This document shows positions 40,530-52,092 of a stretch of DNA of 64,000 nt, in pieces. Position numbers and translations under genes: made by a program. The notes beneath the pieces were generated by a model. The model searched no databases. It was not told where the DNA came from and saw only the letters and a program-made list of their open reading frames with translations. How positions within the stretch are numbered: position 1 is the first letter of the stretch; the number at the start of each line of letters is the position of its first letter. The stretch lies in assembly GCA_046597055.1 (NCBI GenBank), contig JBKJLC010000237.1, forward strand, positions 1-64,000, in the 5' to 3' direction. This DNA is from Kofleriaceae bacterium. GTDB lineage: Bacteria; Myxococcota_A; Polyangia; Haliangiales; Haliangiaceae.

Positions 40530-42014
40530 ATGAAGGACACCTTGGTGATGATCATGGCGGGCGGGAAGGGGTCGCGCCTCGGCCCCCTCACGCTGCACCG
40601 ATCCAAACCCGCCGTGCCGTTCGGGGGTCGCTACCGGATCATCGACTTCGTCCTGTCGAACTTCATCAACGGCGGCTACCGCACCATCTACCTGCTCACG
40701 CAGTACATGGCGTCGAGCCTCATCAAGCACCTCAACCGCAACTGGCGGCTGTCGGGCTTCGGCGAGTTCATCGAGGTGGTGCCGGCCCAGATGCGGCTCG
40801 GCGAGTTCTGGTACCGCGGCACCGCCGACGCCGTGTACCAGAACCTGAACCTGGTCCGCGACGCCCGGCCCGCCCACGTCGCGGTGTTCGGCGGCGATCA
40901 CGTCTACAAGTTCGCCCCCGAGCAGATGGATCAGGCCCACCGCGAGCGCGGCGCCGATCTCACGGTCGGCGCGTTCCCGGTCCTGCGCAGCGAGGCCCAC
41001 CAGTTCGGCTGCCTGCACGTCGACGACCAGTGGCGGATCACGTCGTTCGTCGAGAAGCCCAAGGACCCGCCGGGCATGCCCGGCCGGCCCGAGTGGACCC
41101 TGGCCTCGATGGGCAACTACATCTTCAAGGCCGACGTGCTGGCGCGCGTGTTGACCGAGGACGTCAACGATCTGTCGAGCCGCCACGACTTCGGCAAGGA
41201 CGTGATCCCGCGGCTGCTGGCGCAGGGGGCGCGGATCTTCGGCTACGACTTCGCCACCAACCGGGTGCCCGGCGACCCGCCCGACGTGGCGCCGTACTGG
41301 CGCGACGTCGGGACCATCGAGAGCTACTTCGACGCCAACATGGAGCTGCGGGCGCGGGTGCCGGCCCTCGATCTCTACAACCGGCGCTGGCGCATCCGCT
41401 CGGCGCAGCGCGACTACCCGCCGGCGCGGTTCGTGGTCGCCGGCGAAGGTCAGCCTGCGGCCGCGATCGACGACTCGCTGGTGTGCGAGGGCTCGATCGT
41501 CGCCAGCGCCAAGCTGAGCGAGGTGCTGCTCGGCTACGACTGCTTCGTCCATGCCGGCGCCGAGGTGTCCGAGTCGGTCATCCTGAGCGGCTGCGACATC
41601 GGCGCCGGCGCGCGCCTGCACCGGGTGCTGCTCGACAAGAACTGCAAGATCGAGCCGGGCACCGTGCTCGGCGAGGATCCCGAGGCCGACCGCGAGCGGC
41701 TGCCGTTCGTCACCGACTCCGGCATCATCGTGGTGCCGAAGGGCACCGTGGTGCCGGCCAAGGGCCCGGCCATCCTCGCCAACGACGTCGCCGAGCTGGT
41801 CGCGAACGAGCCCGAGCTCAAGAGCCAGCTGCGCCCCGGCACCTACGCGATCGCGATGCGCGGCCGGCACTCGTACGACTCGGCCGGACCGCGCTTCCGG
41901 CGCTACTCGCAGAAGCCGTCCGGATCGCCGCGGGCGCCGGGCGAGGCGCCCGAGGCGATCGATCCGGCCGCGGACGCCACCGGCGAGGTCGACAGCCCCA
42001 GCGACGACGAGTGA
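40530..42014 (+). CDS. glgC: Glucose-1-phosphate adenylyltransferase with C-terminal extension
   Basis: MAGGKGSRL, KPAVPFGGRYRIIDF, GTADAVYQN, FVEKP, ASMGNYIF, YWRDVGT. Confidence 0.97.
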   Translation: MKDTLVMIMAGGKGSRLGPLTLHRSKPAVPFGGRYRIIDFVLSNFINGGYRTIYLLTQYMASSLIKHLNRNWRLSGFGEFIEVVPAQMRLGEFWYRGTADAVYQNLNLVRDARPAHVAVFGGDHVYKFAPEQMDQAHRERGADLTVGAFPVLRSEAHQFGCLHVDDQWRITSFVEKPKDPPGMPGRPEWTLASMGNYIFKADVLARVLTEDVNDLSSRHDFGKDVIPRLLAQGARIFGYDFATNRVPGDPPDVAPYWRDVGTIESYFDANMELRARVPALDLYNRRWRIRSAQRDYPPARFVVAGEGQPAAAIDDSLVCEGSIVASAKLSEVLLGYDCFVHAGAEVSESVILSGCDIGAGARLHRVLLDKNCKIEPGTVLGEDPEADRERLPFVTDSGIIVVPKGTVVPAKGPAILANDVAELVANEPELKSQLRPGTYAIAMRGRHSYDSAGPRFRRYSQKPSGSPRAPGEAPEAIDPAADATGEVDSPSDDE

Positions 42015-43489
42015 TGCGGATCCTCCACGTCGCGTCGGAGGTCGCGCCGTGGGCGCAGACCGGCGGGCTGGCCGACGTGGTCGGCGCCCTGCCCCCCGCC
42101 ATCGCCGCCCTGTCGTCCGAGATCCGGTCGGCCACGGTCGCGCCGCTGTACCGGGCCGCCCAGGCCCGGCTCGATGCCGCCGGGGTCGTGCTCGGCGAGG
42201 GCGTGGCCCACGAGGTCGTGCTCGGCAGCCACGTGGTGCCGGTGCGGCTGCGCCCGATCGGCCCCGACGGCGCGGCCCGGGTGTGGCTGCTCGATTGCCC
42301 GCCGCTGTTCGATCGCGGTGGGTTCTACGAGCAGCCCGGCGGAGGCGACTGGCCCGACAACGCGCTGCGCTTCGCGGTGCTGTGCCGGGCCGCGGTCGAC
42401 CTCGCGCCGCAGATCCTGGGCGGCGCCCCCGACGTCATCCACGGCCACGACTGGCAGGCCGGCCTGGCCACCGCGTTCGCGCGGCTCGCGGGCGCGCCGG
42501 CGGCCACCATCTTCACGGTCCACAACCTCGCCTACCGCGGGATGTTCTCGAAGCACGAGGTGCCCGCGCTCGGGCTGCCGTGGAGCAGCTTCGATCACCA
42601 CCACCTCGAGTTCTGGGATCACCTCAGCTTCCTCAAGGGCGGCATGGCCTACGCCGACATCGTCACCACGGTGTCGCCGACCTACGCCCAGGAGATCCTC
42701 ACCCCCGAGCGCGGCGAGGCGCTCGACGAGTTCCTCCGCCACGACGTCGCGCGCCTGGTCGGCATCGTCAACGGGATCGACACGACCTCGTGGGATCCTG
42801 GGACCGACCCGGCGCTGCCGGCGCGGTTCGGCGTGGCCGACCTCGGCGGCAAGGCCGCGTGCCGCGAAGCGCTGGCCCGCGAGCTCGGCCTGGCGCTGCC
42901 CCCGGGCACCGCGCTGGCGGTCGCGATCGCCCGCATGACCTCGCAGAAGGGCCTCGACCTGCTCGCCGATCTGGTGCCCGAGCTGGCCGCGCTCCACGTC
43001 AAGCTGATCGTCCTGGGCGCCGGGGACCTCGCGCTCGAAGAGCGCTGGCGCTGGCTGGCCGACGAGCACCCGCGCGACCTCGCGGTGCGGATCGGCTTCG
43101 ACCCGGCGCTGTCGCGGCGCATGTACGGCGGTGCCGATCTGTTCGTCATGCCGAGCCGATTCGAGCCGTGCGGGCTCGGGCAGCTGTACGCGATGCGCTA
43201 CGGGGCGGTGCCGGTGGTCGCGGCGGTCGGCGGACTGCGCGACACCGTGGTCGATCCCGGCCCCGGCGACGACGAGCTGACCGACGGCGCCGGCACCGGG
43301 TTCCGGTTCGAGCCGGTCACCACCGCCGGCCTGCGCGGGGCGCTGGCGCGGGCCGCGCACCGGTTCCGCCACCGGCCCGCCGGGTTCGCCAGCGTGCGCA
43401 CGGCGGGCATGCGCCGCGACTCGTCGTGGCTGGCGTCGGCGCGCGAGTACCTGCAGGTCTACCGGGCGGCGCTGCGGTCGCGGCCGTGA
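42014..43489 (+). CDS. glgA: Glycogen synthase
   Basis: ASEVAPWAQTGGLADV, HGHDWQ, TVHNLAY, NGID, MPSRFEPCGL. Confidence 0.95.
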   Translation: MRILHVASEVAPWAQTGGLADVVGALPPAIAALSSEIRSATVAPLYRAAQARLDAAGVVLGEGVAHEVVLGSHVVPVRLRPIGPDGAARVWLLDCPPLFDRGGFYEQPGGGDWPDNALRFAVLCRAAVDLAPQILGGAPDVIHGHDWQAGLATAFARLAGAPAATIFTVHNLAYRGMFSKHEVPALGLPWSSFDHHHLEFWDHLSFLKGGMAYADIVTTVSPTYAQEILTPERGEALDEFLRHDVARLVGIVNGIDTTSWDPGTDPALPARFGVADLGGKAACREALARELGLALPPGTALAVAIARMTSQKGLDLLADLVPELAALHVKLIVLGAGDLALEERWRWLADEHPRDLAVRIGFDPALSRRMYGGADLFVMPSRFEPCGLGQLYAMRYGAVPVVAAVGGLRDTVVDPGPGDDELTDGAGTGFRFEPVTTAGLRGALARAAHRFRHRPAGFASVRTAGMRRDSSWLASAREYLQVYRAALRSRP

Positions 43490-44904
43490 CCGGGCCACGG
43501 CGGGGGCCGGCGATCGCGGGCGCGGTCGTCGCCGTCGTCGTCACCCTGGTCGCGATGGGCTGGCTGCGCGGCGCGCTGGGCGCGCGCCTGACCGCGGCCG
43601 GCGCGCCGGTCGCGCAGCGGCCGCTCGCCGGCACCGGCGCCGCGGCCACCCCGATCACGCCCGGTCCGGTGCGCGTGGTCGTGCTCGATGGCCTCGCGCG
43701 CGCCGAGGCCCGGGGGCCGGCGCTCGACGCGCTGTGCGCGCGCGGGCTCGACCTGGGGGTCGACGTCGGCTTTCCGACCAAGTCGCTGCCGGTGCAGAGC
43801 GTGCTGTGGACCGGACGCACCGCGCAGGAGACCGGGGTCGCGATGCGCAACCAGCTGCCGGCGGCGATCGCCGGCGCGCTCCCGGCGCGGGTGCCGGGCT
43901 CGCGCGCGGTGGTCGAGGCGTGGACCTCGATCGCGTCGGCGATGGGCTTCGCGCGGGTGGCGCCGCCGCGCGCGGCCGACGCCGCGCACGCGGGCGCCGA
44001 TCCGATCGCGGTCGCCGCCTGGCGCGAGGGCTTCGCCGCGGCCGCGCGCGACGCGGTGGCGAGCCCGGCGCCGCTGGTGTTGATCCACGTGCTCGCGATC
44101 GACGCCGCCGGCCACCGCGGCGGCCGCGACGCGCGCTACCGCGCCGAGGTGGCGCGCGCCGATCGCCTGCTCGCCGGGCTGATCGCGGCGGCCCCGGCCG
44201 CGCACTGGATCGTGCTCGCCGACCACGGCCACCTCGCGGGCGGTGGCCACGGCGACGCCGAGCCGGAGGTCCGCCTGGTGCGCGCGTGCGTGGCGCCGCG
44301 TCCGCCCGGGGCCGCCGCGACCGGCGCGGTCCACCTGGTCGATGTCGCCCGTCACGTCCACGACGCGGCGGGTGCGTCGGCGTCGGGAGTCGGTCGGCCG
44401 CTCGCGATCGCGCTGGCCGCTCCCGATCCCGACGCGACCTTGCCGCGCCCGGCATGGACCGCATGGATGCTCGCCGGCGTGCTGGCCGGGGCCGGGCTGG
44501 CGGTCGCGCTGGGGTTCGGTCGACCGCGGCTGGCCGCAGCGTGGGTCGTCCCGGCCGCGGCCTGCTACGCGGTCCTGGGCGGGATTCCGACCCTGTCCGC
44601 GCGGCACCCGGTGCTTGCGGTGGCGTGCGGCCTGCTCGGGACTGGCCTGGCGCTCGCTGCTCCCGGCCCGCGGGCTCACCCACGCCGGGTGATCGCGCTG
44701 GCAGTCCCTGGTCTTACCGCCGTCCTCGCCGCCGCGGTGCTGGCCGGGTTGCCGTCGGCCGTGCTCGGTGGCGCCCCGGCCCGACGCCCGGTCACAACCG
44801 CGGTTCTGGTGATCGCGGCTCACGCGGTCGCGCCGGTCATGCTCCTGGCCGCCGGCCTCCTCGGGGCGCGCGTCGGTGGACGGCCTCGCCGGCAGAAAAC
44901 TTGA
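43486..44904 (+). CDS. Membrane protein with alkaline-phosphatase-superfamily domain
   Basis: VVLDG, FPTKSLP, IDAAGH, LADHGH motifs plus several TM helices. Confidence 0.75.
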   Translation: MTGPRRGPAIAGAVVAVVVTLVAMGWLRGALGARLTAAGAPVAQRPLAGTGAAATPITPGPVRVVVLDGLARAEARGPALDALCARGLDLGVDVGFPTKSLPVQSVLWTGRTAQETGVAMRNQLPAAIAGALPARVPGSRAVVEAWTSIASAMGFARVAPPRAADAAHAGADPIAVAAWREGFAAAARDAVASPAPLVLIHVLAIDAAGHRGGRDARYRAEVARADRLLAGLIAAAPAAHWIVLADHGHLAGGGHGDAEPEVRLVRACVAPRPPGAAATGAVHLVDVARHVHDAAGASASGVGRPLAIALAAPDPDATLPRPAWTAWMLAGVLAGAGLAVALGFGRPRLAAAWVVPAAACYAVLGGIPTLSARHPVLAVACGLLGTGLALAAPGPRAHPRRVIALAVPGLTAVLAAAVLAGLPSAVLGGAPARRPVTTAVLVIAAHAVAPVMLLAAGLLGARVGGRPRRQKT

Positions 44905-44911
44905 CCCTGCT

Positions 44912-45122
44912 GTCCGCTGACCGGACGTCCGGATCCCGGACGCGGAACGTCCGTGGAGCGGACAGGGCGGTCCGCCGACCGGACGCGTCACGCCGCTACC
45001 CGTGCCCCCTGCGCACCTGTGCGTACGTGACACAGGACCGTCTTGTCCGGGTTTCGGACCGGGTGGGGAACCGGCCCCCAGGGCCGTCCGGAGGCCGGAC
45101 GCTTCTGTCCGGTGCTCCGGAT
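44912..45122. repeat. Array of GTCCG-N5-CGGAC palindromes (six perfect, plus an N6 variant)
   Basis: Perfect copies start at 44912, 44927, 44949, 44970, 45045 and 45086; GTCCG-N6-CGGAT at 45107 (and again at 45256, outside this span). Confidence 0.92.
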
Positions 45123-45125
45123 CCC

Positions 45126-45231
45126 CTGTGCACAAGTGCTCTGTCCAGGGGAGTTATTCACAGCCGTCCACAGGGCTAACCGCTCAATACGGAAGCCGAA
45201 CCGTGCGGCCCTGTGGAAGCCTGTGGAGAAC
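45126..45231. promoter_or_regulatory. DnaA-box-like cluster forming a 24-bp imperfect inverted repeat
   Basis: TGTGCACAA at 45127, TTATTCACA at 45154, CCGTCCACA at 45164, TGTGGAAGC at 45212, TGTGGAGAA at 45222. Confidence 0.65.
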
Positions 45232-45451
45232 CTGTTGTTTGGGTGTGGCGGCCGGGTCCGGACCCACGGATCATCGCCAGGTTGGGTGGGACATGTCACC
45301 CCAGCGAACGGGAGTGTGACGCACTGTCCCATATGCGCCCCGCGTCGCTCCCGGAGTCCGTCGCGGCCCTCCCGGGCCGCCCATCCGGAGCGATGCGCGT
45401 TCATTGCCCGGCCATCCGGATTGCCTTCACCAATTTGTTAGCCTCGCCGGG

Positions 45452-47338
45452 GTGCGTCCCGACGAGCTGCGCCTCGCGCTGGCGGGCCTCGAGCTGATCG
45501 AGGTCGGCCCCGGTCGGGCCCGCGTGCGGGTCGGCAACGTCGACGTGACGCTGACGGTCGCAGGCGACCGGATGACGGCCGCCGCGTCGAGTCCCGACGC
45601 GACCCCGCTCTACCTCGACGCGGCCCTCGATCGGCTCGGCGCGCTCACGGTCAGCACCAGCGACGCCGGCTTCGCCGACGCGCTCCTCGAGGGCGGCGGC
45701 CGCGCGCGGCTGGAGCGGGTGCTGGCGCACGGTGGTCGCGCGCGCCTCGCGATGGGCCGGTGGACGATCGAGCGCATCGATCCGCGCATCGCGCTGCGCG
45801 AGCTCGGGCTGGTGGTCGGCTTCCTCGCCGACCGGCCCCGGGTGCTCGGCGAGCGCTGGGCGGCGCTGGCGCGACGCCTCGGCGTCGCGTGGACCGGGCG
45901 CTGGTCGACCCGTGGCGACGTGCGCCTGGCCCTGCCCGCGGCCGACGGCCGGACGCTGGCGATCGACGTCATGGCGCTGGTGCCGGGCGCGCCGGCCGAG
46001 GTCGCGCCCCGGCTGCGCACGGGGGTCTGGTCGCACCCGGACGACCGCGCCTGGTCGGGAACCCCGTCGCCGATCCGGCTCGGCGGCCGCGAGGGCGCGC
46101 GGATCACGACGCGGGAGCTCGACGCGGCCTGGCTGTGGGGGCTGTGCGACGACGCCGATCTGATCGGCGAGCTGGCCCGGCTGGTCGGCGGGCCGGCCCC
46201 GGCCGCGATCGAGCCGGCGAGCGCGACCGCGGCGTCGGTCGCGCCGATGTCGGTCATCGACTGGCCGAGCGCCCGCATCGACGTCATCGGCACCCGGGCG
46301 GCACCGCCGACGCTGGCGTGGACGCTGCGTCCGATGCCGGGCAGCGACGCCGTGGTCGGTCTGGCCGAGACCGTCGACGTCGATGGCATCGCCGTGCGCA
46401 CGGAGATCGTGCCGTCGCGAGTGACGGAGTACGTGGCCGAGGTCCGGGTCCGCGCCGAGGTCCGCGGGCTGGCGCCGCGGGTCCGCGCCCGCCCCGGCTA
46501 TCACTTCTTGCTGGCCGGCTTGCGGCGCGACGATCACCTCGGCGACCCGGCGCTCGACGAGCGCTACATCGTCCACGCTGACGATCTGGCGTGGGTGCGC
46601 TGGTGGCTGGGCGCGACCGAGCGCCAGGCGCTGATGGCGACCTTCGATCCCGAGGCGGTGATCCCGTTCGCCCTCGAGATCGCCGACGGCGCGGTCGTGT
46701 TCGCCGGGGGCGGCCTGCCACCGCGGCGCTATCTCGACGCGGCCCGGCAGGCGGCCGCGTTCGTCGCCGCCCGCGCCGAGCGGGCCGCCGACGAGTGGCG
46801 CGGGCTGGCGCCGGCGCTCGGCGCGGTGGTGCGGGGTGCGGTCTGGACCGCGACGGCCCCGCGCGCGAACACCGCCACCGCCAGCGAGTTCGCGCTGACC
46901 AGCGAGCGCGGTCGCGCCGTGGTCACGATCGACTTCGCCACCGCCCTGCCCTTCGATCGGGGCGGGCCTCGCCTGCGCACGTGCGTCCACGCGCCGCGCC
47001 AGGCCGCGCACCGCGCCGCCCTCGCACTCGAGCGCGACGACTTGCCGCGCCGCCATCGCCTCCGCCCCGGCGTGGTCGGCGACCTCGACCGCCGGCTGCG
47101 GGTCACGCCCGGCCTGAGCGGGCGCACCGATGACGTCGCGTGGGCCGAGGCCCGCCTGACCTCGACCGCGACTCCGCTGGCGCGCGCGGCGCCCGACGTC
47201 GTCGTGATCGGCGCCGACCGGGTCCTGATCGCGTGGGAAGGCGTGGTCGCCGATCCCACGCGGCTGACCGCCGCGATCGACCTGGTGGCCCAGCTCGCGG
47301 TCGAGACCGGCGGCCCCGGCGCCGGGCCCTACCGATGA
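45452..47338 (+). CDS. Hypothetical protein with apparent internal repeats
   Basis: Long codon-biased ORF; GTG start 7 nt after TGTTAGCCT. Confidence 0.75.
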   Translation: MRPDELRLALAGLELIEVGPGRARVRVGNVDVTLTVAGDRMTAAASSPDATPLYLDAALDRLGALTVSTSDAGFADALLEGGGRARLERVLAHGGRARLAMGRWTIERIDPRIALRELGLVVGFLADRPRVLGERWAALARRLGVAWTGRWSTRGDVRLALPAADGRTLAIDVMALVPGAPAEVAPRLRTGVWSHPDDRAWSGTPSPIRLGGREGARITTRELDAAWLWGLCDDADLIGELARLVGGPAPAAIEPASATAASVAPMSVIDWPSARIDVIGTRAAPPTLAWTLRPMPGSDAVVGLAETVDVDGIAVRTEIVPSRVTEYVAEVRVRAEVRGLAPRVRARPGYHFLLAGLRRDDHLGDPALDERYIVHADDLAWVRWWLGATERQALMATFDPEAVIPFALEIADGAVVFAGGGLPPRRYLDAARQAAAFVAARAERAADEWRGLAPALGAVVRGAVWTATAPRANTATASEFALTSERGRAVVTIDFATALPFDRGGPRLRTCVHAPRQAAHRAALALERDDLPRRHRLRPGVVGDLDRRLRVTPGLSGRTDDVAWAEARLTSTATPLARAAPDVVVIGADRVLIAWEGVVADPTRLTAAIDLVAQLAVETGGPGAGPYR

Positions 47339-47351
47339 TAGCGTGACGCCC

Positions 47352-49229
47352 GTGTCCCGCCGCAGTGGATGGTTCGCGCGCCTCGGCCGCGCGCTCGGCG
47401 ACCGCGAGACCCGCGGCCGCTGGCTGGTGATCGCGGTGATCGGCGCGGTGCTGGCGGCCGCGACCTTCGCGTTCGCGATCGGCGACGACGGCCAGGGCCG
47501 GCCGGTCGCCCGTCCCTACGCCGATGCGCCGTATTACTACGTGTACGCGCCGTCGATCCTGCTCGATCACGACGTCGACTTCACCGACGAGTACCGCGAG
47601 ACCAAGAACTGGTACCGGCTGTCGATGACGCCGAGCCGCAAGCCGAGCAACGTGTTCGGCGTGGGTCCGGCGCTGCTGGCCGCGCCCGCGTTCCTGACCG
47701 GTCACGCGATCGCGGTCGCCAGCGGCGAGCGCACCGACGGCTTCTCCACGGTCGAGCAGATCCTGACCATGTGGGTGTCGGTGCTGCTGGCGGTGCTGGC
47801 GCTGGTGTTCCCCTACCGGCTGGCGGCCCGCCGCCTCGACGCGCCCGGCGCGGGCCTGGTCGCCGCGGTGCTGGTGTTCGCCGCCGGCCCGGTCGTGTAC
47901 TACGCGGTCCGTCAGCCCGGGTACGCGCACGGGTTCGCGACCTTCTTCGCCGCCTGGTTCTGCGATGCCTGGGACGGCTCGTACCAGCGCGAGCGCCGCG
48001 CGCGCACGTGGGCGCTGCTCGGCCTCACCTTCGGCCTCGCCGTGCTGGCCCGCCCGCAGCTCGCGACCTGGGGCTTCCTCCTCGCGCTGGCCGGGCTCGA
48101 CGATCTGCGCCGGCGCCGCGCCCCGGTGCGCGCGCTGGTCGGGCGCTGGGCGCTCGGCGCCATCATCGCCGTGCTGTGCGTGGCGCCGCAGCTGCTGACC
48201 TGGAAGGCGCTCTACGGCGCGTACTACGTGGTGCCGCAGGGCCCCGGTTTCATGCGCTGGGATGCGCCGGCGTGGAGCGAGGTCCTGTTCTCGTCGCGCA
48301 ACGGCCTGCTGCCGTGGGCGCCGCTGTACGCGGTCGCGGGCCTCGGCCTCGGCGCCGGGCTGGTCCGGGTCCCGCGCGTCGCGGGCGCGCTCTTGGTCGG
48401 GGTCGCGCTGCAGGCCTGGGCCAACGGCGCCGCCTGGGACTGGTGGGGTGGCGGCTCGTTCGGCGGTCGCCGCTTCGACTCGACCTACGTCGCCTTCGGG
48501 TTCGGGCTGGCGGTCGTGCTCGCGCCGCTGACCCGCGCGCTGGCCCGCGTCCGCCTGCGCCCGCTCGCGCTCGCCGGCGCGCTGGTCGCGACCGCGGGGC
48601 TCGCCGCCGCGACCGCACTGGCGATCGCCAACCTGGTCATGGTCGCCAGGGTCGCGTCGCCTTCGGCGCGGATCGGCGGTGGCGACAGCGCGGCCCGCGT
48701 GATCACGGCCGGCGTCAAGGGCCGGCTCGGGCGGTTCGCCGGCCGGGCCGCCGGCCTCGCCAACTGGCCGGCGCGCGCCCACTTCGCGTGGACCTTCGGC
48801 CGAAGCCAGGCCGACTACGACCGGATCGTCGGGGTGCACTGGCTGGGCGAGACCTACCCGGGCCTCAACTCGTTCCAGCCCAAGACCGAGGAGCACCGCA
48901 CCATCCCGCAGGTGCCGGCCCTGCTCCGCCGCGGCATCGTCGGCGGTGCGGGCGGCGTCCACCGGATCCCGTCGGGCCAGGCGCGCATCGTCATCCCGCT
49001 CAACCGCACCGGCGGCCTGCGCATCGCGGTGACCCTGGCGCATCCCGACGGCGGCGCGGTCGTGCTGGCCTGGAACCGCGCGCCCGGGGCGCCCGCCGCG
49101 GTGACGGCGGCCCCCGCGCCGGTCGAGCTGACCACGCGGTTGCTCGAGCGCGGGGTCAACCTGCTCGACATCGACGCGTCGCCGGGAACGCTGATCAGCG
49201 GCATCGATCTGTGGGCGCTGCCGCCCTGA
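47352..49229 (+). CDS. GT-C fold membrane glycosyltransferase-like protein
   Basis: DAPYYY in the first loop, many TM helices, LFSSRNGLLPWAP, WWGGGSFGGRRF. Confidence 0.7.
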   Translation: MSRRSGWFARLGRALGDRETRGRWLVIAVIGAVLAAATFAFAIGDDGQGRPVARPYADAPYYYVYAPSILLDHDVDFTDEYRETKNWYRLSMTPSRKPSNVFGVGPALLAAPAFLTGHAIAVASGERTDGFSTVEQILTMWVSVLLAVLALVFPYRLAARRLDAPGAGLVAAVLVFAAGPVVYYAVRQPGYAHGFATFFAAWFCDAWDGSYQRERRARTWALLGLTFGLAVLARPQLATWGFLLALAGLDDLRRRRAPVRALVGRWALGAIIAVLCVAPQLLTWKALYGAYYVVPQGPGFMRWDAPAWSEVLFSSRNGLLPWAPLYAVAGLGLGAGLVRVPRVAGALLVGVALQAWANGAAWDWWGGGSFGGRRFDSTYVAFGFGLAVVLAPLTRALARVRLRPLALAGALVATAGLAAATALAIANLVMVARVASPSARIGGGDSAARVITAGVKGRLGRFAGRAAGLANWPARAHFAWTFGRSQADYDRIVGVHWLGETYPGLNSFQPKTEEHRTIPQVPALLRRGIVGGAGGVHRIPSGQARIVIPLNRTGGLRIAVTLAHPDGGAVVLAWNRAPGAPAAVTAAPAPVELTTRLLERGVNLLDIDASPGTLISGIDLWALPP

Positions 49230-49245
49230 CCGCCGGCGCTGCGCG

Positions 49246-50151
49246 CTACCGCGGCGGCCCGGCGTCGACCGCCGGGCCGGCGGCGCCGGCGTCCGGACAC
49301 GCCGCCCCATCGCCGAGCGCGCACGCGGTCCGGGTCAGCTCGGCGGCGCGGGCCGGATCCTTGGCGACGCCGCGGCCGCCCGCGTGGAGCTCGCCGAGCA
49401 GCCGGCAGCCGATGGCGTCGCGGCGCTCGCAGGCCTTGCCCAGCCACACCGCGGCCGCCGCGCCGCCGGCGGGGACGCCGTGCCCGGTCAGGTACGCCGC
49501 GCCCAGCAGCCGGCAGCCGGCCGGGTCGCCGCCCTCGCACGCGTGCTTGAACAGCGGGATCGCGCCCACCTCGTCCTGCGCGATCCCGTCGCCGGCGGCC
49601 CGCATCTGGCCGGCGTTGGTGCAGGCCAGCGGCAAGCCGTCGACGCAGATGCCCTCGAGCAGGGCGAGCGCCGAGGTGGCGTCGACCGGACCGCCCTCGC
49701 CGCGCGCGAGCGCGAGCGCGAGGTTGCGGCAGCCCAGCAGATACTTCGCGTCGCAGCTCTTCCGGAACCAGCGGCGCGCGGCCTCGGGATCGGCGGGGAC
49801 GCCGTGGCCCTGCAGCAGCACCACGCCGAGGCTGCTGCACGCCGCCGGGTTGCCCTGATCGCAGGCCTGGCCGTACAGGGTCCGCGCCCGCTGCGGATCG
49901 GCGGGCACGCCGACGCCCTCGGCGTACATCACGCCGAGGCTGCGGCAGGCCTCGGTCTCCCCGGCGCTGCACGCGCGCTCGTACCCGGCGGCGAGCTCGG
50001 CGGCCGACTTGATCGGCGGGCCCGCGTCGGTGCCCGCGGCGACCAGGCCGCCGTCGCCGGCGGGGCCGCCGGCCGGCGCCTTGCGCTTGCAGCCCGCGGT
50101 CGTGCCAGCAGCCACGGACGCGAGCACGAGCACGACGGCGAGAGAGCGCAT
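49246..50151 (-). CDS. Sel1-repeat lipoprotein
   Basis: Repeated AC-x-x-G-x3-AC-x2-LG-x4-G-x-GV-x2-D units; TAGC lipobox. Confidence 0.9.
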   Translation of the reverse strand: MRSLAVVLVLASVAAGTTAGCKRKAPAGGPAGDGGLVAAGTDAGPPIKSAAELAAGYERACSAGETEACRSLGVMYAEGVGVPADPQRARTLYGQACDQGNPAACSSLGVVLLQGHGVPADPEAARRWFRKSCDAKYLLGCRNLALALARGEGGPVDATSALALLEGICVDGLPLACTNAGQMRAAGDGIAQDEVGAIPLFKHACEGGDPAGCRLLGAAYLTGHGVPAGGAAAAVWLGKACERRDAIGCRLLGELHAGGRGVAKDPARAAELTRTACALGDGAACPDAGAAGPAVDAGPPR

Positions 50152-50167
50152 GGGGCGGCCTTATAAC

Positions 50168-51787
<1,620 letters not shown>

Positions 51788-52092
51788 GCGCGACGCATAC
51801 CACGCACCCGCACCTCGACACCGGCAAGATGACCCGTCGCGGGCGCCCGGGCGCCCCCGGGCGCGAGACGCAGGACCGAAGGGCTGCTGCCGGTAGCTCG
51901 AGGTCCTGCAACGAAGCCCATGGGATGGATCGGCGTCCTCGACCGGTCAGCTTGCGCGTGGCGCGCCGAGGGCGGACGGGCTCGCGCAACCGCGGCCCGC
52001 CGGTGGGCACGGAGCCGCGCGTCGTGGTAAATGCCTGAGGCTCGGATGTCGACCCTTTCCCGCCGGCCGGGCTGCGTGCCGATCTCTCCGTC

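Noticed and set aside
44912..45122. Palindrome array as CRISPR or canonical parS
   Set aside because: 15-bp units with variable centres and irregular short gaps; does not match the parS consensus TGTTTCACGTGAAACA
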